Shown piece by piece: positions 62,301 through 64,000 of a stretch of 64,000 nucleotides of DNA. The notes under the pieces were generated by a model. That model made no database searches. It was not told the DNA's origin and was given only the letters and a program-made list of their open reading frames with translations. The stretch is from Laetmonice hystrix (lineage: Eukaryota): NCBI GenBank assembly GCA_965235115.1, contig OZ249436.1, forward strand, positions 15,874,001-15,938,000. Direction: 5' to 3'. Numbering within the stretch: position 1 is the first letter of the stretch; each line of letters opens with the position of its first letter. The position numbers and the translations under genes are program-made.

Positions 62301-63750
62301 TTCACCAAGTTACCTGAGACGATAATCTTTGGGTTAGAATATTGAAAAACCAACGAACGAACCCCAAAATCTCCCTTTGCCTATGTCACAGTAAGGTTCC
62401 TGTAATTGCTGGGAAAAGGTCATATCGGAATAAAAATAGAAATGGGGGTTGGACCACAGTGGTTGGATCGTCATAATAAAAGTGAGTATGGACTTACCGG
62501 AATAATCTGGCCACAAACACCCACTGGTTCATGGCGGGTGTATGTGAAGTAATCGCCAGCTGTAAGTAATAGTCTGAGCACATTAGCCTTGACGCTCATT
62601 GAGCACAAGTACTTCATTAAAATTTCTGTAAAATGTACTGCTCCTGTCCTTTGTGTTACTACTTTAGAATACATTAAAGACACAAAGAAACTATTAAACT
62701 GAGTTTTATCAGAAGGGGACCTTTGTGATAGAGTGTAGAAATTAGAAGATCTTCCAGAAGCATAGAATATGCCAGTCTATATCTACCATTATCTGGACTT
62801 ATCCGGGGTTCAATATTATGTTACCCTAACTCTTGCATGGGCGTATGGGGACTGTTAAGGGAGGCAGGGGCCTGATTTGGCCGAAATTTCTGTCTTTTTT
62901 TTGGGGGGGGGGGTTGCTTTGCCCGAATTTCCCTCACTGTTTTGCCTGAAGTTGGGAGGGCAGTTGTCCCTCCTGCCCCCACCCCCGCATCGTATACGCC
63001 TATGCTCTTTTGGGTTAGCAAGTGGCAAACGACTTGGTGCTTAATTCCAACGGTATAAATGTATCAAAATTGATCGAGACGTTACTGACAAAAATGAATA
63101 TTTTTCTCACCAATTGGAATGGTCTTTCCATGGTGTTTATCAGCCCATCCTGCATAGTACCTGCAGATAAGAATGTATATCCATATGATGAGATGGAGGC
63201 AGTCGCGGATCCAGTATAGGGTGCGCAAAAATTAGAAATTGAGCCACAAAGGGAATAAATCCTGTCATTATTGCCGGTCCGAATGTAACGACGAGCGTTC
63301 ATCCCTAGCTATATGATGTATAAATATGATGATCATGCACTCGCCCGTATGTAAGAAAAATGGAGTAGGAATCCGGTATAGGTCTATACAGCCTGCAGAG
63401 TTTACGTTCCGAAACAGCATAAAACAGTTGAATGGCGTTGTTGACAAGATGTCTATGATTAGTGGTGAGGTGAGGTTCCTGAGATGCCATTGGTGTCTGC
63501 CCATTTTGGTGTTTTTCATAACTGGCGATTGTTTGAACTCCAGGTTGCAGATAATGGGTAAGGCGGATTCCTATACTGAGCGGTCAATTCCGTCATTATA
63601 TTATATATTCAATTTTGGCAACTTAGTTATGACTGTCATGACACGCTCAACAAAATAAATGCTCTCTTACCTGTAGCAATCAATTGCAAGGGGAATATCC
63701 ACTGTCAGGGCAAGGTGGTACGGTTTTCCATTGTCCAAAGTCTCCAGAGA
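59353..63750 (-). CDS. ALDH2: ALDH2-like aldehyde dehydrogenase (ALDH1/2 family), 3' eleven exons; 5' exons beyond the window
   Basis: Exons 63750-63671, 63160-63111, 62559-62498, 62225-62097, 61705-61592, 61418-61316, 61060-60876, 60604-60440, 60168-60011, 59750-59636, 59385-59353, all in frame. Motifs: [76 protein letters not shown]. The CCC triad, LLMQ, Phe459 and bulky residue 124 favour ALDH2 over ALDH1A. Confidence 0.93.
61779..61996. mobile_element. Degenerate MITE in an ALDH2 intron
   Basis: Imperfect TIRs CAGGGTGGGATGCAG / CAGGGGTTGATCCAG; no clear TSD. Confidence 0.5.
62836..63004. mobile_element. MITE, 169 bp, in an ALDH2 intron
   Basis: TIR CATGGGCGTAT / CATAGGCGTAT (10 of 11); flanks CTCTTG / CTCTTT. 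Confidence 0.65.
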
Positions 63751-64000
63751 CTGGGTAAAATGTAGAGTATAAGTAATTATAATAGCAAGCCACATGCCTC
63801 ATTATACAGCTGAAAATCTCAGAGATGATAAGATCAGAAGTTTACTAGAATATATATCCAGTGGCGGATCGGGGGGGGGGGGGGCAGGTTACGGGGGTTG
63901 CACCCCCTCCCCCGTTTCGAAGTACGGTAATTTTTCTTTTTTTTCCTGCTTGAAAGGTTCGAACCAACCAACCCCCCATAGCATGATAATAAAGACGCAC

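Overview
Eukaryotic, intron-rich genomic DNA from a bilaterian invertebrate. A lophotrochozoan/mollusc-like origin is inferred from repeat style only. Five spliced protein-coding genes were reconstructed by hand with frame-consistent junctions: the last two exons of a TMEM221/Jiraiya-like membrane protein (+), a complete UBE2R2/CDC34 E2 enzyme (-), a complete PTPN9/PTP-MEG2 (+) head-to-head with it, a complete GALT (-), and the 3' eleven exons of an ALDH2-like gene (-). Introns and spacers carry many short non-autonomous DNA transposons, SINE fragments and two minisatellites. The most notable observations are: (1) the ALDH2-like enzyme has Gln in place of the NAD-specifying Glu195, resembling NADP-using ALDH1L1; (2) the palindrome TAGGCCTA is strongly over-represented and patchily distributed; (3) CTCF-like motifs cluster at gene boundaries; (4) two nested transposons both have 6-bp TSDs; (5) a possible hidden spliced gene lies between ALDH2 and GALT; (6) ALDH2 has a GC-AG intron. 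No prokaryotic-type system, CRISPR array, tRNA or rRNA gene was seen. Comparisons to human proteins and exon sizes are from memory and were not computed.
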